The position numbers and the translations under genes are program-made. The notes below the pieces were generated by a model that saw nothing but the letters and a program-made list of their open reading frames with translations, was not told the origin of the DNA and did not search any database. Source: an uncultured Clostridia bacterium (GTDB lineage: Bacteria > Bacillota > DTU014). Taken from it: 64,000 nt of DNA. Below, one piece after another: positions 23,121-32,197 of the stretch (the first letter of the stretch is position 1; every line of letters begins with the position of its first letter). Where the stretch lies: NCBI GenBank assembly GCA_900016865.1, contig FIZI01000001.1:31028-95027 (forward strand). The letters run 5' to 3'.

Positions 23121-25178
23121 GTGAATAACCAAGTTCAAGGACGCTTGGCTACGCGGTCTTGGTTTCAGGTAGTCTGTGCCTTTGCCCTGACTGTGTTGAT
23201 CGCGCTTTCAGCGAGTGACGGGGCCGCCCTGGCCTCTGAACTCGATGTTGCGGATGACTACATCTCATTGGCGAACGAGTTCATCAGAATAAAGGTCAAC
23301 ACTTCTGATGACGGTGCAGGGCGGTTTGGCGTTGACACGACCGGCGGAGATCCGATGAAGACCTCTGACGACAATCAACGCTTAGTGTACGGCCACCCTG
23401 TCCCCAACACGTCCTATGCGACAGTTCGGATTGACGGCCAGAACTACGTCTTCGGCGGAATCACCGAGACGAGAGCAGGCAGAGGGCAGCGATATGGCGA
23501 TGTCGTTATCGAGCCGCGGCTCAGCGATACAGACATTGTCTGTGCTTGGTCATTCCCCGGTGACATCCTCGTTACACAGAAGCTGTCCTTTACCCAAAGC
23601 CCATCCACAGGATACGAAGACACTGCCAGGATCGAATATACTATCCTCAATATGGACGACACAACACACTTAGTCGGGCTCCGCCTCGCTCTGGACACAA
23701 TGCTTGGACTCAACGACGGCGCCCCTTTCAGAGTCGGCGACCGCGCTCTAACTAGAAACACTATATACACAAGAGCCGAACTGCCAGAGTATTGGCAAGC
23801 TTTTGACTCGTTGGCCAACCCTGCTGTCATCTCCCAGGGCACCCTTCTTGGAGGCGAGCTGTCTCCCCCCGATGTGGTGTATTTCACCAATTGGGGCGAC
23901 GTGGCGGATAATCCCTGGACGTTTGTGCTAGATCCTAACAGAGACTTCACTCGCACAGGAGAATTCGAGCTTGACAGCGCGGTAGCCATGTTTTGGAATC
24001 CTATTCCGATCGAACCCGGCAAGTCTGTATCGTATGTGACGTACTACGGGCTTGGAGGCATTACGATTGTGCCGGGCGTTCTCTCACTGGGCGTAACAGC
24101 GCCGAGTGAAGTCACGACTGCGAAAGACAGGCTCCCTGAGTTCTCGGTAGTTGCCTACATACACAACACCGGCGAAGGCAAAGCCCGAAACGTTGTGACC
24201 GAGATCACCCTCCCAAAGGAGCTGAAGCTCGCTTCAGGCCAGAGTGCCGTAAGACAGCTCCCGGATATAGAGCCTGGAGGCACAGCACAGGTCGTCTGGA
24301 AAGTGCAGCCGACAACGACAGTAGCAACTGAGACAAGTTTCTCCGTCTCAGTAGAGGCGTTCAATGCAGAGAAGCGGACGGTTGTCAGGCCTATACGCAT
24401 TCTTGCGCCTCCAAGTATCTCGATCTCGACTTCAGATGTTCGCTTGTCAGTGGTTGACGAGGTACTTAGCCCGCACCCATTCCCTATTCTGAGTACGGTT
24501 TCAAACAACGGCGGCGCTGTTGCCTACCGAGTGGAAGCCTCAATCGAGCTGCCGAGCGGGCTTAGACTCGCCCGGGGAGAGATCGCTGACAAGCCCATAG
24601 GCTATCTCAAGCCTGGGGAGAGTGTTTCCCTGAGGTGGTGGGTCACGACAAATGTGGATGACACTGCGCTCACTGTCAATACGACTGTGAGCTCATCTAG
24701 CACTGACTCGAGGTCCGACACTGCCAGAGTAGCTATTCCCGACCTCGAGCCAAAACTCATCGTCAGCTATGATGAAGTGCTGAATGCCGAGGTGGGTCGC
24801 TATATATCGGTCATCGTGAAGGTAGCCAACATCCCGGATCTCTATGAGGTCCACTTTGACGTCGAATACCCCAAGGATCTGCTCAAACCGATAAGCGTTT
24901 CCAGAGGCACCTTGTTTGTCACTGACGACTACCAGCTAGTGGGTCCCTCATGGGGTCAGTACACCATCGACACGTCGGAAGGGGTGATCAGAAAGATCTC
25001 AGGGTACCTGGCAGAAGTGAGTGGCAATACGTCAGGCGAGGTTGCACGCCTGAACTTCAAAGTAATCGGATCTGGAGAAGTCACCCTGAATCTGGGCAAC
25101 ATCACCCTGTTGGACGGACAGAAACGTCAGCATCTTGCCTATACGCTAGTTAATCCCACCTTCACGGTTGGAGAGTGA
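23121..25178 (+). CDS. Secreted multidomain surface protein: unknown N-terminal domain, two CARDB/Ig-like beta-sandwich modules, C-terminal cohesin-like domain
   Basis: GTG at 23121, 5 nt after AGGAGGGAG. Signal peptide WFQVVCAFALTVLIALSASDGAALA. Repeated modules NTGEGKARNVVTEITLP...PGGTAQVVWKV and NNGGAVAYRVEASIELP...PGESVSLRWWV. C-terminus GRYISVIVKVANIPDLYEVHFDVEYPKDLLKP...GEVARLNFKVIGSGEVTL has the cohesin pattern. Confidence 0.8.
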   Translation: MNNQVQGRLATRSWFQVVCAFALTVLIALSASDGAALASELDVADDYISLANEFIRIKVNTSDDGAGRFGVDTTGGDPMKTSDDNQRLVYGHPVPNTSYATVRIDGQNYVFGGITETRAGRGQRYGDVVIEPRLSDTDIVCAWSFPGDILVTQKLSFTQSPSTGYEDTARIEYTILNMDDTTHLVGLRLALDTMLGLNDGAPFRVGDRALTRNTIYTRAELPEYWQAFDSLANPAVISQGTLLGGELSPPDVVYFTNWGDVADNPWTFVLDPNRDFTRTGEFELDSAVAMFWNPIPIEPGKSVSYVTYYGLGGITIVPGVLSLGVTAPSEVTTAKDRLPEFSVVAYIHNTGEGKARNVVTEITLPKELKLASGQSAVRQLPDIEPGGTAQVVWKVQPTTTVATETSFSVSVEAFNAEKRTVVRPIRILAPPSISISTSDVRLSVVDEVLSPHPFPILSTVSNNGGAVAYRVEASIELPSGLRLARGEIADKPIGYLKPGESVSLRWWVTTNVDDTALTVNTTVSSSSTDSRSDTARVAIPDLEPKLIVSYDEVLNAEVGRYISVIVKVANIPDLYEVHFDVEYPKDLLKPISVSRGTLFVTDDYQLVGPSWGQYTIDTSEGVIRKISGYLAEVSGNTSGEVARLNFKVIGSGEVTLNLGNITLLDGQKRQHLAYTLVNPTFTVGE

Positions 25179-25194
25179 TGAGGAGGTAGTGAGT

Positions 25195-27228
25195 ATGATC
25201 ACACGCAGGTGCGAGAATCGCGGACTCAAGTGGATACTTGCAGCTGCCTTCGTTGTAGCAGCACTCGCACTGTCCCCTACGTATGCACTGGCGCAGTCCG
25301 AGACAGTCACGGACGTCCCTACAGACCACTGGGCTTACACTGCTGTCGAGGAACTCGTGTCACGGGGATACCTCGAGCTATACCCTGACAGGACGTTTAG
25401 GGGCAACGAATCTGTTACAAGATATCAGCTTGCGCAGGTCGTCTATGCACTGCTTCAGGGCATCGATCCTCTCGCCAAATCAACTCCGCAGGACGACGTC
25501 GAGTTGCTCAGAAGGCTGACAACCGAGTTTAGAGAGGAACTCGTGATGCTGGCTGCGGACGTTGAGAGTATCAATACAGCCATGGACGAAGCGCGCAAGG
25601 AACGTGTAGTCTTGAGGGACGACCTCAATGCTGCCACAGGGCTCGCACAAGAAGTAGAGCATCGGACTCTCTCTCTGGAGGAGCTCATCAACCGCCTGTC
25701 TGAAAGGCTTGATGAAACCGATAAGCAGCTGACAAGCGTGCAGCTAGACGCGACTGCGTTGGCAGCGGGACAGACGTCACTTGAGAGTCGCACTGCAGAT
25801 ATTCTCCAGAAACTGGACGAGATTGCCGGCGACCTCGAAGCGAAGTCAAGAGCAATAGACGTGCTGTCGGCCAGCGTTTCCAAACTTGCTCCAGACCTGC
25901 AGACTGCGATCGACCAGCTTACTCAGGCTGATGATGAGCTCGATCGGACGATCGCACAGCGTCTTGCAGAGGTGGATCGCTCCCTTGATTCGCTTCGAAG
26001 TGAATCAGAGTCAACAAGAGCCGCCATTACAGAGCTTCAGCAAGATCTGACCAAGACAAGAAACTCCGTAGAGGCTGTGAGAAGCAGTCTTACGGCTACA
26101 GAAGAGGAGCTCATAAAGAGAAATCTGGAGCTGTCTGATCGCATCGATGTTGCATCGGATCAACTGAGAGTGATGAACAATGAGCTTGCCGGTGTCAGTG
26201 CAAGAGCGTCTGACCTGAACGCCAGAATCGACGACCTCAGGGTCCAGCTGGAATCCACTCAGGCCACTCTCTATCAGACCAGGACAGACCTCTCCTCTGC
26301 TCTGGAAGCCACCAAGGACGACCTTCTTAGGACGCTCCAAAGCGAGATCGACTTACTCCAGAACGAGTTGAGTGCTGTCAAAGAGACAATGGCACGGGAT
26401 CGCATCACATTTGGCGGTGACCTGGGCCAGCTCCTTGTGGATGTGGACAGCTTCAAGGATCAGGTCAGCAAGCGGATATCTGAGATCGACGGACAGGTAA
26501 GTTCTCTCAGAACTGACCTGGATGATACCAAGGCTGAGGTTGACCAGCTTCACAGCACCGACCAGTCAATGTCTGAGCTCCTGGAGAAGCATGCGAGCTT
26601 GATAGAACAGCTTCAGAGCAAACACGAGTCTCTCGGGTCAGCGGTCACCGCGGATAGCGCCGAGATCGAGGCGTTGAAGGATAGCTTCCTTGCAATCTCT
26701 GAGCGGATAAGCGAGCTGGAGCAGGTCGACCGGGATACATATGAGGAGCTGGTCGGCTTAACGAAGAAGCTTGAATCGCTGACTGACTCTTTAAATGCAG
26801 AGCAAGCAGAGCTCAAGCGAATGATTAGCGTCCAGGATAATATGCTCTCAGGCCTTCAGACTGGACTGCTCAAGCTCAACGATGCTCACACGTCTACGAG
26901 CGAGCAGCTCTCGGAAGACATATCTGCTGTGCGCCAAGATCTAGGCACTCAGGCAGATCTAGTGGCCAGTCTGCGTTCGGACCTCGAGACTGTTAAGAAA
27001 GACATTGCAGACATAGAAACCCTCCTCGACGAAAGCGTCTCAGTCGATGAGATGACCGTCGGGCGTATTGCTGCTCTAGTGAGTCAGATCAACGATCTCA
27101 CCAAGCGAGTCGAGGCGCTCGAGGAACATCATACGCCCAAAGACTCGTCCAGTTCTGGTTCAGGATCTACTCTGCTGCTCCTAGGGCTGGCAGGGGCAGC
27201 TGCGGCGCTACTCCTAGGAGGGAAGTAG
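25195..27228 (+). CDS. SLH-domain protein with about 550 aa of coiled coil and a C-terminal transmembrane anchor (Omp-alpha-like)
   Basis: ATG at 25195, 8 nt after AGGAGG. Signal peptide LKWILAAAFVVAALALSPTYALA. Single SLH domain VTDVPTDHWAYTAVEELVSRGYLELYPDRTFRGNESVTRYQLAQVV. Long heptad-rich Leu/Glu/Asp/Ser region. Tail SSSGSGSTLLLLGLAGAAAALLLGGK. Confidence 0.85.
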   Translation: MITRRCENRGLKWILAAAFVVAALALSPTYALAQSETVTDVPTDHWAYTAVEELVSRGYLELYPDRTFRGNESVTRYQLAQVVYALLQGIDPLAKSTPQDDVELLRRLTTEFREELVMLAADVESINTAMDEARKERVVLRDDLNAATGLAQEVEHRTLSLEELINRLSERLDETDKQLTSVQLDATALAAGQTSLESRTADILQKLDEIAGDLEAKSRAIDVLSASVSKLAPDLQTAIDQLTQADDELDRTIAQRLAEVDRSLDSLRSESESTRAAITELQQDLTKTRNSVEAVRSSLTATEEELIKRNLELSDRIDVASDQLRVMNNELAGVSARASDLNARIDDLRVQLESTQATLYQTRTDLSSALEATKDDLLRTLQSEIDLLQNELSAVKETMARDRITFGGDLGQLLVDVDSFKDQVSKRISEIDGQVSSLRTDLDDTKAEVDQLHSTDQSMSELLEKHASLIEQLQSKHESLGSAVTADSAEIEALKDSFLAISERISELEQVDRDTYEELVGLTKKLESLTDSLNAEQAELKRMISVQDNMLSGLQTGLLKLNDAHTSTSEQLSEDISAVRQDLGTQADLVASLRSDLETVKKDIADIETLLDESVSVDEMTVGRIAALVSQINDLTKRVEALEEHHTPKDSSSSGSGSTLLLLGLAGAAAALLLGGK

Positions 27229-27269
27229 CGGTTTGCCTGATCAGAGGCATTGAGACGGCGTTGACAAGA

Positions 27270-27301
27270 AGAGCCCCGCTCGAATGCGGGGCTCTTTACT
27301 T
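27270..27301 (+). terminator. Rho-independent terminator closing the exbB...SLH operon
   Basis: AGAGCCCCGC-tcgaat-GCGGGGCTCT followed by TTACTT. Confidence 0.75.
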
Positions 27302-27344
27302 ATCTCTATGACGTGTACCAGCGGGTCCTCAGCGTGTCTTTCTC

Positions 27345-27692
27345 CTAGAGCGGTTCCAGCCCCAAACTGATTAGTAGAGCCCGGTCAACCGCTCCCATTA
27401 GTGAATCGTCTAGGTGAGACACTTTTTGCTTGAGCCTGACTTTGTCTATGGTGCGGATCTGCTCAAGCAGGATCACTGAGTCTACCTCCAACCCGCTGTC
27501 GGCCACCTTGATCTCTACGTGTGTCGGGAGTTTAGCCCGCTTGATGCGGGAAGTAATGGCAGCGACTATGGTCGTAGGACTATAGTGGTTGCCAATGTCA
27601 TTTTGGAGTATCAAGACCGGCCTAGTCCCTCCTTGCTCAGAGCCGACAATAGGATTCAGATTGGCATAGAAGACGTCGCCTCTCCTAACCAC
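27345..27692 (-). CDS. mazF: Type II toxin MazF/PemK (EndoA-like mRNA interferase)
   Basis: [47 protein letters not shown]...KLPTHVEI...[13 protein letters not shown] is close to the remembered Bacillus EndoA/MazF sequence. GTG at 27692 preferred; longest ORF starts at 27701. Confidence 0.93.
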   Translation of the reverse strand: MVRRGDVFYANLNPIVGSEQGGTRPVLILQNDIGNHYSPTTIVAAITSRIKRAKLPTHVEIKVADSGLEVDSVILLEQIRTIDKVRLKQKVSHLDDSLMGAVDRALLISLGLEPL

Positions 27693-27969
27693 TTGTCTCA
27701 CTCTCCACCAGGAGTCTTTCGTAATACCGCAGAGATGCCAAGTCCTCAGCTATTCCTTCCTCGCTCAGTTGCCGATTGATCTCGGCCATAGCAGCGTAGC
27801 CGGCGCGCAACTGCTCTCTGAGCTGCGCCTTTTTTCTCTCCTTGATAAACTCGATCATGGCCCGCCGGATGAACTCGCTTCGATTGCACTTCTCTTTACT
27901 GAGAAAAGCGTCGACTTCGTCCAACAAAGACTGAGGAACACTGATCATTATCCTCTTGGTCTCTGCCAT
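27685..27969 (-). CDS. mazE: Ribbon-helix-helix (CopG/EndoAI-like) antitoxin
   Basis: ATG at 27969 after [48 protein letters not shown] is an RHH fold. Overlaps mazF by 8 nt. Confidence 0.8.
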   Translation of the reverse strand: MAETKRIMISVPQSLLDEVDAFLSKEKCNRSEFIRRAMIEFIKERKKAQLREQLRAGYAAMAEINRQLSEEGIAEDLASLRYYERLLVESETSG

Positions 27970-28045
27970 ATAAACCGATCCGCCTCCCGTAGATATGAGG
28001 ACCAAGCAGGTGCTACCTTGCAGACACTGGCCCATCAATCAACGC

Positions 28046-28112
28046 GTATATACAATGAGTATATCACCAAGTATGTACTGTCATTATATCTTCAGAAGTG
28101 CATCAGTGTCAA
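28046..28112 (-). promoter_or_regulatory. mazEF promoter plus a putative operator
   Basis: Minus strand: TTGACA (28107-28112), 18-nt spacer, TATAAT (28083-28088). Downstream are the palindromic octamer GTATATAC (28046-28053) and a near repeat GTATATC (28059-28065). Confidence 0.6.
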
Positions 28113-28132
28113 TGCTCGGAGCCTACTCCAAT

Positions 28133-29740
28133 TTATGGGTCGTGGATCTGCATGAGTGCTTGCGAAATGCATGATGCCACATCTCGCGCCAGTACACTGG
28201 CCATACCCATAGCCTGAGACGCCAGTTCTCCAGCGATCCCGTGGACATACACTCCGGCAATAGCTGCATCCGAGACCTCGGTGCCTTGGGCGATGAACCC
28301 TCCAATCAGCCCTGCCAACACGTCGCCTGTCCCACCTGTAGCCATGCCTGCGTTGCCGCGGGTACTGATGTAGGCAGTGCCACTTGGAAGCCCGATTACA
28401 GTAGTCGCCCCCTTCAGGACGACAGTCTGTCCCCATTGCATCGCATACTTGCGGCATGTCGTCAGAGGATCTGAGACTATGGCGTCTATAGAAAGGCCGG
28501 TCAACGCAGACATCTCGCCCGGATGTGGCGTCAGCACGACTGACGACCCTATCGAGCCGGGATCCACCTTGAGATGTGCAAGCGCCATCAGGCCGTCTGC
28601 ATCTATGACACCGGGCCGTTCACATTCCCTCAGCAAGCGTCCTACCAACTGAAAAACCTCGCCGTTCCTGCCCAATCCTGGGCCCAACACATACGCGTCT
28701 CCGCTTGACAGTCTGTCCGCAATCAAGTCAAAGGCGTCTTCTGAGAGACATCCCAAACCCGATTCTGATGCTGCAGTGGACATGACTTCCATGTTGTGGG
28801 CATGCACGACCGGTTGAATCGACCTGGGGACAACCGCGACTACGGTCCCCACACCCGAACGCAACGCACCTGTGCAGGCCAACGACGCAGCCCCCGGCAT
28901 TCCAGATGACCCGGCAATCACTATCAGTCGCCCGTATGTACCCTTGTGAGACGGCTGCACTCGCCTTGGGAGCAACGCGCTGACAGTCTCACGGTCAATC
29001 CAATAGACATCGGACTTCACATCCTCCAACTGAGAGGCAATCCAGTTGGGAATGCCGATGTCAACAACCTCTAGGTGCCCGCATAACTCACGGCCGGGGT
29101 GGATCAGTTGGCCAACTTTAGGATATGCAAACGTAATCGTAATATCTGCACGAACTGCCGTTCCCAACACTTTGCCTGTAGCCGCGTCAACTCCCGAAGG
29201 AATGTCGACACTGACGACCACAGCGTTGCTCTGATTGATGAGCTCTACAGACTCTGCAAACAGCCCTGTGACCTCTCCCCTAAGCCCAGTCCCAAGGAGC
29301 GCATCGACAACCACAGTAGCTCGCCTTACCTCGGCCTGCATCTCAGGAGTTATCGCAGAAATGAAGCAGGGTTTGATACCTGAGTTCATCAGCCACTGCA
29401 GGTGCACTCGAGCATCGCCGGAGATCGAAGATTCGGAGCACAGGACGTAGACGCGGACACTAATACCGGACCGCGCCAGCCGCCTCGCAACTACAAACCC
29501 GTCACCGCCATTGTTTCCCGGCCCACAGAGAACAACCGCACTGGCAGACGGACGTACGGACACGATGTCCATAACTCCCTCCGTCACCCCGGCTCCTGCG
29601 TTCTCCATCAACACAGCGCCCGGAATCCCCAGCTTAGTGATGGCATAAGCATCCACCGCCTGCATTTCTTCAGGAAGAAGGACTCTCACCGACGGCTTCC
29701 TCCTTTGCAGCAGCCACTGCAACAGCGTATTCTGCAACAT
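28133..29740 (-). CDS. nnr: Bifunctional NAD(P)H-hydrate repair enzyme (epimerase / ADP-dependent dehydratase)
   Basis: 535 aa. YjeF_N motif CGPGNNGGDG and the carbohydrate-kinase-type C-terminus GGTGDVLAG. The real start may be a few codons downstream, because the longest ORF overlaps acpS by 71 nt. Confidence 0.92.
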   Translation of the reverse strand: MLQNTLLQWLLQRRKPSVRVLLPEEMQAVDAYAITKLGIPGAVLMENAGAGVTEGVMDIVSVRPSASAVVLCGPGNNGGDGFVVARRLARSGISVRVYVLCSESSISGDARVHLQWLMNSGIKPCFISAITPEMQAEVRRATVVVDALLGTGLRGEVTGLFAESVELINQSNAVVVSVDIPSGVDAATGKVLGTAVRADITITFAYPKVGQLIHPGRELCGHLEVVDIGIPNWIASQLEDVKSDVYWIDRETVSALLPRRVQPSHKGTYGRLIVIAGSSGMPGAASLACTGALRSGVGTVVAVVPRSIQPVVHAHNMEVMSTAASESGLGCLSEDAFDLIADRLSSGDAYVLGPGLGRNGEVFQLVGRLLRECERPGVIDADGLMALAHLKVDPGSIGSSVVLTPHPGEMSALTGLSIDAIVSDPLTTCRKYAMQWGQTVVLKGATTVIGLPSGTAYISTRGNAGMATGGTGDVLAGLIGGFIAQGTEVSDAAIAGVYVHGIAGELASQAMGMASVLARDVASCISQALMQIHDP

Positions 29741-30065
29741 GGCTCATACTGACCTCGATCTGCCTGACTCCTGCTGCACTTGCGCAATCCTTGGCCCTGC
29801 CATGAAGCAGCACTTTAGGCTTGCCCATCTCTGCGTTCAAGATCTCTATGTCCCTGGGCAGAAATCCAGCGAAGCCGGTCCCAATGAGTTTGGCCACTGC
29901 CTCTTTTGCCGCAAACCGTGCGGCGTATGACTGGAACTTGTTCCGCCTGCTCTCACATTGCAGGACCTCGGCATCAGTGAAGATGCGGCCGGCAAACCTG
30001 CTTCCTCTGGACTCCAAGGCCCTTCTGACTCTCGCAACCTCGATTATGTCGACACCCACACTCAC
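29670..30065 (-). CDS. acpS: Holo-[acyl-carrier-protein] synthase
   Basis: 131 aa. VGVDIIEVARV, FAAKEAVAK, SMSH. Confidence 0.92.
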   Translation of the reverse strand: MSVGVDIIEVARVRRALESRGSRFAGRIFTDAEVLQCESRRNKFQSYAARFAAKEAVAKLIGTGFAGFLPRDIEILNAEMGKPKVLLHGRAKDCASAAGVRQIEVSMSHVAEYAVAVAAAKEEAVGESPSS

Positions 30066-30847
30066 CGAGTACCCTCCTCCGCAAAGGCTACCTGCAAGCC
30101 GTCGTACGCAAGGTGGACGTTGTCAGGCAGGTCCGCTGACACTGTATCATGATCTACCTCATGGGCGATATGTGTGAAATAGGCGGCATTCGGACGAATC
30201 CGCCTGACCTCGTCCAGCGCCTGGCTAACCGTGAAGTGGTTGTCATGGGACCTGAAGCGCAGCGCATTGAGCACCAAGACGTCCAAATCATCCAGTAAAG
30301 GATACGAGCTCTCCGGGATGTAGCTGCAATCTGTGATATAAGCCATCTTGCCTATCCTGAAGCCAAGAATCTCCTCAGTTCCGTGTCTTACAGGTATAGG
30401 GATGACTGTTTCTCCACAGACGGTTATCGGTCCATTCATATCAATGATTCTCACATTCGGGACTGTCGCACCCTTAGACGCTCCCCTGATCACGTATTGA
30501 AATGCGCGCCTCAGATCAGCTGCGGTAGAACTCGATGCATAGCACGGCAATCCGCCTTCAACAGACCGTGACAGAAGCCTCAGATCATCAAAGCCCATGA
30601 TATGGTCTGCATGAGAGTGAGTAATGAACACTGCGTCGATTGAGCGTATTCCTGCACGCAACACCTGTAGCCGAAATTCAGGCGGCGTATCTATCACAAT
30701 CCGCACCGAGTCGGTTTCTACCAATACAGAAGAGCGAAACCTCTTGTTGTACGGATTGCTCGAAACGCATACCGGACAGTCGCAACCGATCATCGGTATT
30801 CCGTGCGAAGTTCCCGTACCGAGGAACGTGATTAGTCCCAAGACCAA
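30062..30847 (-). CDS. MBL-fold metallo-hydrolase (PhnP-like)
   Basis: 261 aa. FLGTGTSHGIP...CDCPVC, metal motif ITHSHADH. Confidence 0.85.
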   Translation of the reverse strand: MVLGLITFLGTGTSHGIPMIGCDCPVCVSSNPYNKRFRSSVLVETDSVRIVIDTPPEFRLQVLRAGIRSIDAVFITHSHADHIMGFDDLRLLSRSVEGGLPCYASSSTAADLRRAFQYVIRGASKGATVPNVRIIDMNGPITVCGETVIPIPVRHGTEEILGFRIGKMAYITDCSYIPESSYPLLDDLDVLVLNALRFRSHDNHFTVSQALDEVRRIRPNAAYFTHIAHEVDHDTVSADLPDNVHLAYDGLQVAFAEEGTR

Positions 30848-30862
30848 GCCCCTCCTGCAAGA

Positions 30863-32197
30863 TCACTGGAACAGACGAAGCCGGAGATAGTCCGGGAGGA
30901 TTACCTCTAAAGAGGTGATCTCTGCGAGAGCGCGCTCCATTTGATCCTCTCTTGCTGAGTGTGTCAATATAACCAGCGGCACGTAGTTATCATGTACATG
31001 AGTCTCAAGCTGGACCACGGACGAAATGCTGATCTCATGAGCCCCCAAAATACCGGAGATCCGTGCCAGTATTCCCGGAGCGTCATATGTATAAAGCCGG
31101 AGGTAAAACCTGCTGGATACGGATTTCACCGGCTTAACTGTAGGATGCGCAAACGGATCAATCGTCCTGGTACGGTACCCCGAATTTGCGCGCAGCTGAA
31201 TGTCTCGCGCCAAATCTACGATGTCGCTGATGATCGCACTTGCTGTCGGCAATTGACCTGCGCCTGGCCCATAGAACATCGTCTTTCCTACAGAATCTCC
31301 TTCGACAAACACTGCGTTCAGCTCATGGCTAACGGAGGCGAGCAGGTGGCTGTCAGGGACTAGGGTTGGATGCACCCTCAGGTCCATCTCTCCGTCTCCC
31401 ATCCTGCAGATCGCCAGCAGTTTGATCGTATAGCCGAAGCTCTTGGCGAAGTCGACGTCAAGCTTAGTGACGCCTGCTATTCCTTCGGTATAGATGTCAC
31501 TTAGATCCACCATTTTGGAGGCCGCTATTGAGGCAAGTATCACCAGCTTATGGGCAGCGTCCTCTCCGCTGATGTCCAGCGTCGGATCAGCCTCTGCGAA
31601 TCCCCTGTCCTGCGCCTCTCTTAGTGCGTCTTCGAATTCGAGTCCGTCCTGGTGCATCCTAGTCAGGATGTAGTTGGACGTGCCATTCACTATTCCGTAT
31701 ATGTTTAGTATTCGATTGGCTACTAGGCCCTCACGAAGCCCTTTGACTATCGGGATGCCTCCGCCTACGCTTGCCTCAAAGAGGATGTCGGTGTTCGAGG
31801 CATTAGCCGCACTAAAGAGTTCTCGACCTTTAGTAGCTATCAGGGCCTTATTGGCGGTCACTACGTGCTTGCTGTTGTTAAGAGCTCGCAGTATGTACTG
31901 ATAAGCCGGGTCGCAGCCACCAATAGTCTCGACCACAATATCGATCTCGGGATCGTCCAGAATCTCATCTGCCGATGTAACGCACCGCACGCTCGACAGA
32001 TCGACGCCTCGGTCCCTAGACCAATCCAGGTCGAGCGCGGACTTCAGCCGGAATGAAATACCAGTCCGGTGCTCCAACAACTCCGCTTGATTGAGCAGGA
32101 TCTTGGCGACCCCGGTGCCAACAGTCCCTACACCCAAGAGCCCTATACTCACTTCTCTCTTCTCCAAGTCCATATTCCCCCTATCACTGCTTATCAC
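30863..32197 (-). CDS. hom: Homoserine dehydrogenase with C-terminal ACT domain
   Basis: 444 aa. NAD-binding LLGVGTVGTG, VVTANKAL, GIVNGTSNYIL; ACT-like tail. Confidence 0.93.
   Translation of the reverse strand: MISSDRGNMDLEKREVSIGLLGVGTVGTGVAKILLNQAELLEHRTGISFRLKSALDLDWSRDRGVDLSSVRCVTSADEILDDPEIDIVVETIGGCDPAYQYILRALNNSKHVVTANKALIATKGRELFSAANASNTDILFEASVGGGIPIVKGLREGLVANRILNIYGIVNGTSNYILTRMHQDGLEFEDALREAQDRGFAEADPTLDISGEDAAHKLVILASIAASKMVDLSDIYTEGIAGVTKLDVDFAKSFGYTIKLLAICRMGDGEMDLRVHPTLVPDSHLLASVSHELNAVFVEGDSVGKTMFYGPGAGQLPTASAIISDIVDLARDIQLRANSGYRTRTIDPFAHPTVKPVKSVSSRFYLRLYTYDAPGILARISGILGAHEISISSVVQLETHVHDNYVPLVILTHSAREDQMERALAEITSLEVILPDYLRLRLFQ

Noticed and set aside
27165-27228. C-terminal SSSGSGSTLLLLGLAGAAAALLLGGK of the SLH protein as a sortase, exosortase or rhombosortase sorting signal.
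   Set aside because: There is no LPXTG, PEP or clear GlyGly-CTERM motif, and only one terminal Lys. It was treated as a plain tail anchor, but a processing signal cannot be excluded without a profile search.
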